DNA of 64,000 bases, taken from the NCBI RefSeq assembly GCF_048593235.1, contig NC_133620.1, positions 168,518,852-168,582,851 on the forward strand. The letters are read 5' to 3'. Source of the DNA: Sminthopsis crassicaudata. Taxonomy: Eukaryota. This document shows positions 25,210 through 35,976 of this stretch, in pieces; position 1 is the stretch's first letter; each line of letters begins with the position of its first letter. Below the pieces are notes generated by a model, which did no database searches, was not told where the DNA came from, and was given only the letters and a program-made list of their open reading frames with translations. The translations under genes and the position numbers were made by a program.

Positions 25210-27545
25210 ATTATAGTAACAGGAGATCTAAAATTTCCCTTCTCAGACCTAGGTAAATCTAATCACAAATTATAGAAGAAATAAGTTAAGGAGATAAAGA
25301 TAAAGATAAGATAAAGATAAGGAGAATTTTACAGAAGTAGATAACTAGAGAAAACTGAATAAAAATAATAAAGAGAATACGATGCCTTCACAAAACCTGA
25401 TTATGTAAACTTTACAAGCAAATGTAGAAAAGTAGAAAATTAAATGCAAACTTTTCATACCATAATACAAAATTACACCCAATAAAAGGCTATGGAAACA
25501 TGGGTTAAAAATTAATTAGGAATTAACTGAATGCTAAAAAATGAATGAGTCCAAGAAAAATAATACAAACAATAATTTCATTAAAGAAAATTATAATAAA
25601 GAGACAGCACATAAAATTTGAGGAATATAACCAAAACATCATTTAGGATAAAATTTATACCTCTAAATGTTTATATCACTAAAAGAGAAAGAATAGATCA
25701 ATGAACTGGGCATGCAACAACAACAACAAAACTAGAAAAAGAATAAATAAAAAAAATTTCAATTAAAGATCAATTTGGTATTAGATTAATAGAAGAAATA
25801 GAATAGTTAAATAACCTTATCTTACAAAAAGAAATTGAATAAGCTATCAATTAGTTCCCTAAGAAAAATTCCCAGATCAGATGGATTCACAAGCAAATAA
25901 ACCAAACATTAAAGAACATTAATTCCAATTTATAATTTGTAAACAATTTGGAAAAATAGGTAAAGAAGGAATCCTACCAAATTTTTATAACACAAATATG
26001 GTACTAGTACCTAAGCCACTTTATGAACTATATGAACAATAAGTACCTAAGGGTAAAATCAAAGAATGAAAACTACAGACCAGTTTCCCTAATGAATACT
26101 GCTAGGAAAATTTTCAATAAAACACTAGCAAGGGGATTACAGCAATATATCACAAGTTCCTACACTCTGACAAGATGGAATTTAAAGCAGGAATACAGGG
26201 CTGGTTCAATGTTAGGAAAACTATCAGCATAACTAACCACATCAATAACAATAACAACAAAAGGCATAAGATTATCTCAACAGATGCAAAAAAAAAAAAG
26301 GCTTTTGACAAAATATAACACTCATTCTTATTAAAAACACTAGAAAGCTTAGAAATAAATTGAGCTTTTCTTAAAATGATAAGTAGTATTTACTGAAAAA
26401 CATCAGCAAGCATTATTTGTAATGAAGATAACTTAGAAGCTTTCCCAATGAACATTATCACTACTATTTTTCAATATTGTATTAGAAATGCTGGCTATAA
26501 CATTAAGATAAAAAAGAAACTGAAAGTTATTAGAACAGGAAATGAGGAAACAAAACTATCACTCTTTTGTAGACATGATGATGATAGCATACTTAGGAAA
26601 TCCCAGCAAATAAACCAAAAAACTAGTTGGAACAACAATTTCATTAAAGATGCAGAATTCTATATATTATCAACAAAGTCTGACAGCAATAGATGGAAAA
26701 AGAAAGTCCATTTAAAATAACTACAAACATTATAAAATACTTGGGAGTCTATTCACAAGATAAATCTAGGAACTATATTAACACAATTACAAAATACTTT
26801 CCATATAAAGCCATATCTAAAACAACTGAACAAATACTAAATGCTCATGGGTTGGCCAAGACAATATAATAAAAATGACAATTCTATCTAAATTTGCTTA
26901 TTCAGTGCCTTACCAATCAAACTACCAAAAATTATTTTACAGGGCTGGAAAAAAATAATCATAACAAAATTCATTTGGAAGAACAAAAGATCAAAAATAT
27001 CAAGGAAATCAATGGGGAGAAAAAATGAAGGTAGCCTACCAGTACCAGATCTCCAACTATATTATAAACTATCAAGTATAACAAAATAATAAAATAAAAT
27101 CCATTACTGGCTAAGAAATAGAGGGATAGATCAGTAAAATAGATTAGGTACATAAAATGAACTAATGCAAAGTGAAGTGAACAGAATCAAAAGAACATCG
27201 AACACAGCAACAGCAATATTGTATGATTAACTGTGAATGACCTATCTATTCTTGGTAATACAATGATCCAAAACAATTCTGAAGGATTTAGGATGAAAAA
27301 TGCTATCCATTCCAGGAAAAAAAAAAAAAAAACTGATGAAGTTTGAATGCAGACTGAAGCATAACTTTTCACCTACTTTATTTTTCTTCCTTTTTTATAA
27401 TGTGGCTAATATGGAAATATGCTTTGCACAGTTTCATATATATAACTGAAATCACATTGCTTGCTTTCTCAATGGATAGGAGTGGGAAGGTGGGAGAGGA
27501 TTTAGAACTCAAAACATTTAAAAGATGAATGCTAAAAATAAATAA
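25210..27545 (+). mobile_element. Degenerate L1 ORF2 (endonuclease, RT, C-terminus) plus 3' UTR
   Basis: IVTGDLKFPFSDLGKSNHK-like EN motif at about 25215; KENYRPVSLMN RT motif in ORF 26023..26232; many stops and frameshifts. Confidence 0.9.
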
Positions 27546-28090
27546 CAAATTTTAAAAGGAGAAAGAAAAGAGGGCCCCCAACCTGAAAGCTTTCCTTTCT
27601 GTCAATCTGATAAAGTTAGTGTGAAAAGTTGTTATCCTTTGATCTCTACCACAATCTGATCAGTCTGTTGATTCACTAACCTTGCTGACATTTTTGATAT
27701 ATTATCCCTGTACCTTCCACGAACTCACAATAATATTACCACAAAATTCTCAGTATTATATACCATACTGTGGAGGGCATTTAAGAAAAATAATTTCTAT
27801 TATAAAAACAAAACTCCCGGGTCCCTGAAATAATTTTTTTGGCTCTGCTGTCTAGGTTAATGGATGGCAGTTCTACTATTTATTAAAAAAATGCTACTTT
27901 TATTTAGTTTCTAAATTTAGTTTAAAAAATTAAATGATTAAAAACAAAAACCTCTGATCATTAAAAATGAGCAATCACAATTGCAGAAGGAACATGCTAA
28001 TCCTTTTCTGACCAAGAGCCAAAAGATTGCAGGTATAATGTATAGCATTTTCATCTTGGAACAACCAATTTGGGAACACCCCCCCACCCC

Positions 28091-28216
28091 GAGGCAATTG
28101 GGGTTAAGTGACTTGCCCAAGGTCACACAGCCAGGAAGTATTGAGTGTATGAGGCTAAATTTGAACTCAGGTTCTCTAGGGCTGGTGCTCTATCCTCTAT
28201 ACCAATTAGCTTCCCC
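28091..28216 (-). mobile_element. WSINE1-like SINE
   Basis: gaggcaattggggttaagtgacttgcccaaggtcacacag...ggtgctctatcc...ttcccc. Confidence 0.85.
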
Positions 28217-28674
28217 TCTGTTTTGTTTTTGTTTGCTTGTTTTTTTTTTTTTTGGACAGAATATTTGTTATAAGAGTTTTGGTTTTGTTTCTTATTTAGG
28301 AAGGGGGAGGAAAGGAAGAAATCAACAAAAATTGGGTTGCCACAAAGAAGAAAAAAGGCCACTAAAGCATTTCATAAAAGCACAAAAAAAAGAACAGAAG
28401 GAAGGACAAAGATTTACAGATTAGGGCAGATCTGTACTAACTAAATTTATGTACTTAAGAGGAAAAGTAAGATGTACCACTTGAAGGATTCATAGTTTCA
28501 GTTAAAAATCCTCTTCAACTCCATTTTATACATGAAAGAGTCCATTTTATTTGGTGTTAAGTTAGTAATTCTTTTAAAAGAAATTGAGAAATCAAGAGGA
28601 ATAGCTAACATCAGGGAGAAGATAAAAAAGGTTCAGTTTTAGATTTGACAAATCTGAAATGACATTAGGACATT

Positions 28675-29030
28675 CAAATCAGTCAACAAACATTTATTAA
28701 GCTCCTATTTATATACCAACCACTGTGCTAAGCTCTGGGGATGTACCAAAAGCAAAAAACAGTTCCTGCTCACAAGAAGCTCTCAGTATACAGTGAGAGA
28801 GAAGCTGCCCACAACCATGTACATAGAAGATAGGTACAGAATAAACTAGAGATATAAACAGAGGAAAGGTACTGATATTGAGGGGGATCAAGAAAGGATT
28901 CCTGTAGAAGGTGACACTTTATCTGGGCCTTGAAAGAGACTAGGAGATAATAAAAAGGGAGAACATTCCAGGCATGTGTGAAAGACAGTGAAAATGTCCA
29001 AATCTGGGAAATGATTTGCTTCTATCTGAA
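28675..29030 (-). mobile_element. L2 3' end fragment
   Basis: cagtcaacaaacatttattaagctcctatttatataccaaccactgtgctaagctctgggg... Confidence 0.7.
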
Positions 29031-29489
29031 AGGTAAAAATAATTAGTGTTCAGGGGAAAGATTTGAGATTCAGATTTTTCTTTGAGGATTGTCTGTGTAC
29101 AAATAATAGATAAAATAGTGGGATCTTCAAAGGAAAGACACCACAGACTTAAATCACTTAGAGAAAAATAGAGAGCATTTGTAAACTTTTGATTCAGGCA
29201 ATACAAGGAGGAAGAAGAAAAAGCAAAGAAGAAAGAACCATCAGAGAAGTGGAAGATTAATGACAGTCAGCCAAAAGCAGGAAATAATAAAGTGCTTTCT
29301 ATGTAGTACCCAGCACTTGTTACCTGTGCTAAAGCACAAAAGATACAAAGAAAGGCAAAAACAATTCCAGTCCTTTAAATTAGGTCACTTTCTAATAATA
29401 GAAACAACAGGTGCCTAACAAAGCACATAGAGGAAACAAACAACAGAGGGAAGAGAATGATAGAAGCAAATTAGAACATTAAAAACTTA

Positions 29490-29605
29490 GGGGCAACTGG
29501 ATGGTGCAGTAGATATAGCATTGGAGTCAGGAGAACCTGAGTTCAAATCCTGCCTCAGACATTTAACACTTACTAGCTGTTTGATCCTGGGCAAGTCACT
29601 TATCC
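29490..29605 (+). mobile_element. WSINE1-like SINE followed by a CA microsatellite
   Basis: ggggcaactggatggtgcagtagatatagcattggagtcaggagaacctgagttcaaatcc... Confidence 0.85.
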
Positions 29606-29620
29606 CTTCCCTCCCTCCCA

Positions 29621-29621
<1 letters not shown>

Positions 29622-29671
<50 letters not shown>

Positions 29672-29693
29672 CACACACACATGCACACACACA
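29622..29693. repeat. (CA)n microsatellite, two interruptions
   Basis: Directly visible. Confidence 0.97.
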
Positions 29694-30103
29694 ATTTTTC
29701 AGTAAATTTGCAAGTAAAAGGAAGTTCTAACTAAACAAGCCTCATCTCCAACCTGACCTTCAATGGAATCAAATATTTCTATCATTGCCTATGTGGTGCA
29801 AAGAGAACCACTTTTTTTCCAGTATCCTACCACTAACACCGGTTTAAAGGACAACTCTTTGTTAGATTTTCACAAAACTTGACTTTACATTGAAGAATTT
29901 TCTTAGCCATTTACTGAGATATGTCATTACAATATCTTATTTCATTCATTCATTCTAAATTCAACAAAAATTGTTCCCATTACTTTCCTATAAAACAATA
30001 ATCTTTCAAAAAAACCAAAAGCAAATTCTTTTTAAATGAATTTGTCAATTGCCGGTCAAAGCACTGTTGTTATAAAAATCTACCAAAAAATCTTCCTCCA
30101 AAT

Positions 30104-30344
30104 NNNNNNNNNNNNNNNNNNNNNNNNNNNNNNNNNNNNNNNNNNNNNNNNNNNNNNNNNNNNNNNNNNNNNNNNNNNNNNNNNNNNNNNNNNNNNNNNN
30201 NNNNNNNNNNNNNNNNNNNNNNNNNNNNNNNNNNNNNNNNNNNNNNNNNNNNNNNNNNNNNNNNNNNNNNNNNNNNNNNNNNNNNNNNNNNNNNNNNNNN
30301 NNNNNNNNNNNNNNNNNNNNNNNNNNNNNNNNNNNNNNNNNNNN
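30104..30344. other. Assembly gap (241 N)
   Basis: Run of N. Confidence 0.99.
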
Positions 30345-30532
30345 GGCAATAGAGCCCTTGCTGCTGGAATAGGTTCACTTAGAAGTGGCAGGAAATCTAC
30401 TCCAGAGAGCTCTTCCCTATCAGAGGTATCTAACTCTGATGAATTGACAATAAACAAAGAATTCAACTTTTCAAATGATAACTCTTCCTCTGAAACAAAG
30501 CAATTTTCAATAAGGCCACTAAAGATGACAAT
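30345..30532 (-). CDS. Candidate alternative exon (IVIFSGLIENCFVSEEELSFEKLNSLFIVNSSELDTSDREELSGVDFLPLLSEPIPAARALL...), truncated by an assembly gap
   Basis: Acceptor ttcttctcttcatcag|ATT at phase 0, matching the 31131 donor; 62 open codons up to the N-gap; acidic, protein-like composition. Confidence 0.38.
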
Positions 30533-31130
30533 CTGATGAAGAGAAGAATCCAACTAATTCTTTTCTAAATAAATGATGCCCTTTCTAAATAAAGTTATGA
30601 AGTCTGGTTCTGTTTATCTCATTTTATGAAACAAATTATAAGAGTAGACAATACTCCATCCAATTTAAAAACCAGATTTTAGTGGTAATTTAGCATGATT
30701 AATCAAGTATTGTGTTGTCCTCTAGATTTTCCTAAAGTTGACATTATTTTTATTATCTAGCACCTAATAACTCGCAGAGTATCATAATGTCTTTGCAAAT
30801 CTAACCATGCTTTTTTTGAGACCTCAATATTTATCTGCTGCCAACTAAACAAAAGAATTTTAAACCTTTCCATTGAACATTTGAATCCTAACAAATTTCA
30901 GGCTTTCCCCTCTTTATCTGTAAATCAACATGCATTAAGCATTAAGCAACACTGTATATAAGTTTTCAAAAAATGTGTAAAGGTATAAAAAGGCTTTCCT
31001 TCTTAAGTTAAAGTTGAGGAAATGACAGAATGAAGAAAACTAGCTTGATGAAGGATAATTACACCAATTTTGTACCATCTATTAATTCATGAGGAAGAAG
31101 GTTATATAATCTGAAGACTTTCAGAATGAC

Positions 31131-31239
31131 CTGCCATCTATACATATCAGATGAAGAAGAAATCTCACTTTTTTCTTCAGAATCATTCAGAAATTTCTTT
31201 GCATGGAGCAAACTAATGTGGGAATTAAAACTGTCCCAC
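31131..31239 (-). CDS. Candidate alternative exon (WDSFNSHISLLHAKKFLNDSEEKSEISSSSDMYRWQ)
   Basis: Strong acceptor tcttttttattgtag|G, in phase with the 32464 donor; open for 36 codons to a weak CAG|gtcatt donor, or 59 codons to TAA at 31059-31061. No transcript evidence available. Confidence 0.4.
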
Positions 31240-32463
31240 CTACAATAAAAAAGACTGAGATAGAGCTTGGAGCCAATGTCACTATATTGAAGGGTTCATG
31301 GTCCTCTCATGAAGCAGACCTATCTTCCTTACAAATTAAGATGCCCTATCCTTCCATGGCCCTGTTTTTAAAGGACTACAAACACAGACATATACAGAAT
31401 AATTCCACTGATTGACATGTGACATGTACTAAAATAAGCAAAATAATGTATCAACAGGATCACAAGTTAGATCAAGCAAGAAATACTGTCACTGACTAGA
31501 TGGTCATAAAATATTCATCTGCTCCTGCTGGAGAAGGAAAAAATATATTGGGGGACTTTCCATCTAGTTGAGTCATCTCCATTATGCTGAGCTTGGTCAT
31601 CATGATAAGGAAAAACAAGGGTGAAGAGTCTCTAGTTAACTTCCTATAATTAAATAAGTAAACTTCAAATCTGTGGCTCACAGCTCTGGGACCTTTTAAA
31701 TATATATATATATATATATATATATAACTGATAGGATTCTATAAAAGTGGTTAATACTAATTGGAATAGAGTAGGGGATCAAATGAATTATTTCTCACAC
31801 TAATTAGTGAAATAGGATATTATCTGCTATGTTTGAAATGAGAAAATAAAGATAGGATTTATAGGATTAAAAACCTAAATATAATTAACATTCCCCCTTA
31901 AAACCTCCAGTTAAAATAAAGTTGTTTCTAGCATGTCATTAATGTTTTGAATTTTAAAGTATCTAATGTACAGACCAAATTTAATTGTACAAATCAGATT
32001 TCTGTTCTACATATGTGATATAGGAGAGAAAAATCAATACAAATGTGGATTTCTGAATATTATTTTTAGTGTTTACTTTTGCAATCCTTGCCAGTTTGCA
32101 CTCTTATTACTGAAATATTCGGGACACAGGGCATACACAAGAAAATTTCTTGGCATACCTATCCTACAGATGGTCAAAGACCAAAATGATTCCCTCAAAT
32201 GCAGGCATATTGCCAATAAAAAGCCAAATAGCGAAATTGAATCTATTGCTGGTAACAAGTTAACTTATTGTAAATCTCTTCCCCTCGCCCCCCAACAACT
32301 CTATAATTGTCCTTTAATTTTTCCATGGCAACCACATTTAGTAAGAATCTGATTGTAAAACCTGGTTGTCACTTCCTTTAATACAGATAAATTACCTTAT
32401 ATATATAGGGGAAGCATTCTTTAACATAAACAATGTAAGATAAGGAACAATGAGCATATCTAC

Positions 32464-32566
32464 CTATGGTAGCCTGGGTGTCTAGCTCTCTTTATGTGGC
32501 CAATTCCTTTGCATCCTGCAGTTGGGCAGCCTCCTTGCTCAGAAGCTTCCACCAATTCCAGAGGAC
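32464..32566 (-). CDS. L3MBTL3: L3MBTL3 exon (SPLELVEASEQGGCPTAGCKGIGHIKRARHPGYH), first part of the C2HC-type zinc finger
   Basis: ctctttag|GT acceptor and AG|gtagat donor; 103 nt, phase 1 to 2; CPTxGCxGxGH motif. Confidence 0.95.
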
Positions 32567-32813
32567 CTAAAGAGGTAAAGTAAGGAATAAAGTTAATCAA
32601 CTGATCACAGAGTCGAAGTAGAAGTGACAACAAAGATCACAGAAGTGAAATAAATTGCCTAAAATCCATATTAAGATGATAGTTTGCCTTAAATTTGTAG
32701 AGACTAATGAAAATGTTCAAGTTTTAAAGATGCCTTGAAACAGTCTGTTCTTTTATACAACTTCAGGATGCCTCAAGTAATACTGTTTCAACATTCCTAT
32801 TGAGCTTTTCTTT

Positions 32814-32867
32814 ATATGTACTATCAATCGATAAAATAATATATGTACTATCAATCGATAAAATAAT
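32814..32867. repeat. Perfect 27-bp tandem duplication
   Basis: atatgtactatcaatcgataaaataat at 32814-32840 and 32841-32867. Confidence 0.97.
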
Positions 32868-33379
32868 CAACAAGCATTTATTTAGTGATGGTGATGTACC
32901 AGGTATTCTGCTAATCTCTGAGATGAAAAAAAAGCTAGAATCAAAGAACTTATAGTCTAAAAGGAGTCAAACTATATAAACATTGGGACATGCCTTTGTA
33001 CCAGGTATAAGAAGTTATATTTTTCCTTATCTTATGCCACATTCACTAATAAAGCAAAGATAAAATTCCTGCCAGGTCCCCCAAGCATCTCTAATTTCAA
33101 TTTCAATCTTTCTTTTTTAAAAAAAGGGATATATTCCATATATCTTACAAGTATTAATACTCAATCTATTTCACTGCTGATAAAATTGCTACATGTTTAT
33201 TAATGCACTTGTTGAATAACCTTTTATTAAAGCTTTTCAAATCCCTTTAATATGAAACACTGTTATTAAATCTATTTTTACTCCAAATACATATCAGTGT
33301 AACAAAGCAAAAGGTCACATACACAATAAAATATGCTCTCCTGAAGAAATTGTCTTCATAACTTTTCTATCACTCAAAT

Positions 33380-33900
33380 CGAGAAACATTTATTAAGTAT
33401 CTAATAAGAGTCCTAAACACTGTGCTCTTAGATGATCAGAAAATAAAAATTTCAAACGTGGTCCCTGCTCTCAAGTAGCATATGATTTTCTATATGTGAA
33501 GCACAAATAAATAAGAATATGATTAATTACATAAAAAACATAAAAACAATCACATTTACTAAGCAGTTCCTATACCAGGCTAACATAGGTGTTATAACAG
33601 TGACAAGTACAAAAAATGAAACAATCCCAACTCCTAAGGAATTTACATTCCAATAAAAGAAAATAATAGATATACACACATGTATACATACATACAGAAA
33701 AAAATAATAAAAAATACAAAAGAGTTGAATACAATGTCAAAGGAATGTCATGAGGCATTCAAGTAGATGGAATAGATGGTATCTAAACTGAACCTTAAAG
33801 GAAGAGTATTTCCAAAAGTGAAGTTGGAAGAATTTCCAATACTAGATATGGGTGATGTAAATACCCAAAGGTAAGAGTGCAAGAGGGAAAAAAAACCAGG
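33380..33900 (-). mobile_element. L2 3' fragments
   Basis: aaacatttattaagta...gtccctgctctcaag and acatttactaagcagttcctataccaggc...aaggaatttacattc. Confidence 0.55.
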
Positions 33901-34759
33901 CATTGGGAAATATTTTAGTGTAACTGAAATGCTGAAAAAGCAGTATGAAATAAGGTGGAAAAGTTAGCTTGTATCCAGGCAGGAATGAAACTTCACCACC
34001 ATACTCAGGGCTCTATATTTGACTCAACATGCAATGGAGTTAAAAGAAAAGAAAAAGAAGTGACAGATTCAAGATGGAGAATAGAAATACATTTTTGAAC
34101 ACGGCCAATGGAGGAATTTGCTTTGTGTATTTGTTATGAAGGTTTTCTTTTTTTGTATTCAATGGGGATAGAGGAGAGGTGAAAAAGAAAATAAATGTCT
34201 TAATTTTTTTTTAATTTAAAGGGGGAATAAAGAAGCAGTGAGGAAACCCTCAAATTTTCTTAGCAGGGGATGATGTGACTAAACATAAACAGAAGAATTA
34301 GTTTGTCAGTGGTGTGAACAACAGAGAAGATCAAGACTGGAAGACAAAAAGAAATTAGAAAACTATTGTAAACAGTCAAGGTAAGAGATGATGAAGGCCT
34401 GAACTAGGTTGGTGGATGTGGAAATGAAAAGGAAGGGAAAGATATAAGACATGCTGTTCTTAAATATTCTTTTTTAAAATAATGATAAATAAAATGATTC
34501 AAATTCTTATCTGTATGAAAGTAAAATCAGTCAACACATTGAATAAATTATGAAACATCAGAAACAGGCATAAAATAAAGTTAAAAGCAGAAATAATATA
34601 ACAATGCAATGATGGCACCTTTTTAAAAAAGGGCTAACTAAGCAAGGAAGTGAATCCATTTCTTTATAGGCAGAAAAAAAGAGACTTGGCAGTTTAGATT
34701 TGAAAGAAATTAGGAGAATTGATGTAATCCCACTCTCGCCCCTTCCATTCTTAGAAATT

Positions 34760-35050
34760 TCTCTTTCAGATTTATAATGAAAAATGCTATCTAACCTCAG
34801 AAAAAAAACTGATGGAGTCTGAATGCAGATTGAAGCATACTTTTGTTATTTTAGTATTCTTAGAGTTTTTTTGGTCTCCATTTTCTTTTGCAACATAGCT
34901 AATATGGAAATGTTTTACATGACAACATATATATAATCTATATCCAATTGCTTGACTTCTTAAGAAGTGGAGAAGAAAGGGAGGATGAGAATTTGGAACT
35001 CAAAATTTTAAAAAACCAATATTAAAATTTTTCATGTCATTGAGAAAAAT
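34760..35050 (+). mobile_element. L1 3' UTR fragment
   Basis: aaaaatgctatctaacctcagaaaaaaaactgatggagtctgaatgcagattgaagcatac. Confidence 0.7.
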
Positions 35051-35574
35051 TAAAATAAAGGAATTTCCCTTTCAGCTAACAGAGGAAGAGGTGCACCTTG
35101 ACATTAGTTTCTCAGTCTTATTTTATATTACCACTTCAAATCATTAATTATTCGCTTAGTTATAAAATTATCAGTAATTACAACTACTCTTCATTTCCCA
35201 CTGCTTAGGAAATAACACTATTAAAATCAAAAATCTAAAAAACTTCTCAACTCCTCAGCTATCCTCAAGAGAATATGAATAATTTTAACCCATTTTTAGC
35301 CCACAAATTCCTGATATTTTCAACTCTTGGAGAAGAAGATGTACTAATAGAGAATAAATAAGAAGGCCAGCCACTGAAGCTCTTTATGTCTCAGTTTTCC
35401 AACACATAAAATGGGGGTGATATTGTCTCCTTTCAACTAATTTCAGCATCTCAAGGCAAAATAACTTATGAAATTAAGAAAAATTTACAATGCTTGAGAA
35501 GGATTGGCTTGGCAAGGGATATACCAACAAATTACAAATGTCTAATTGTTTCTTTTAGTCATAATAATTTTTAA

Positions 35575-35850
35575 GGCAGCTCGGTGGTCCAATGGGTAAG
35601 GTTAAAAGTAGTCTTGAAGACTTCAAATTTCAATTTCAGATCTTGACTCAAACACTTCCTAGCTATGTGACTTTGGTCAAGTCATTAGATATTTATCATC
35701 CTCACTTTTCTCATGTAAAATGAAGATAATAATGGCACTTATCTCACAGCATAGTTGGGAGGATCAGACAAGATAACATATCTAAAACACTTTTTCAAAC
35801 CTTAAAGTGTTACCTAAATGCTAGCTATTGTTGTCATTATTATTGTTCTA
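35575..35850 (+). mobile_element. MIR-family SINE ending just outside the 35862 donor
   Basis: ctagctatgtgactttggtcaagtca...ctcatgtaaaatgaagataataatggcacttatctcacag...aaatgctagctattgttgtcattattatt. Confidence 0.75.
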
Positions 35851-35861
35851 AGTTCTCTTAC

Positions 35862-35976
35862 TAAGAGGAGGCTGAAGAGGATGTCCTGTTTTTGCACACC
35901 AGCCAACTGGATGGATGTCAGGAGAATCTGCTTCAATCCAGTAATCATAGCTATTACTCCAACCATCAAAGTGCAC
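35862..35976 (-). CDS. L3MBTL3: L3MBTL3 exon (VHFDGWSNSYDYWIEADSPDIHPVGWCAKTGHPLQPPL), end of MBT3
   Basis: atttctag|GTG acceptor and TTA|gtaaga donor; 115 nt, phase 0 to 1. Confidence 0.97.

Noticed and set aside
26023-26720. ORFs with RT-like peptides
   Set aside because: These are fragments of a degenerate L1 ORF2, not a host gene or an active element.
27981-28424. 147-aa plus-strand ORF
   Set aside because: It spans an antisense SINE (LGLSDLPKVTQ), a poly-T tract and L1-tail-like sequence.
31496-31681. 61-aa minus-strand ORF near the candidate alternative exons
   Set aside because: No convincing in-phase acceptor and donor pair, and the peptide is unremarkable.
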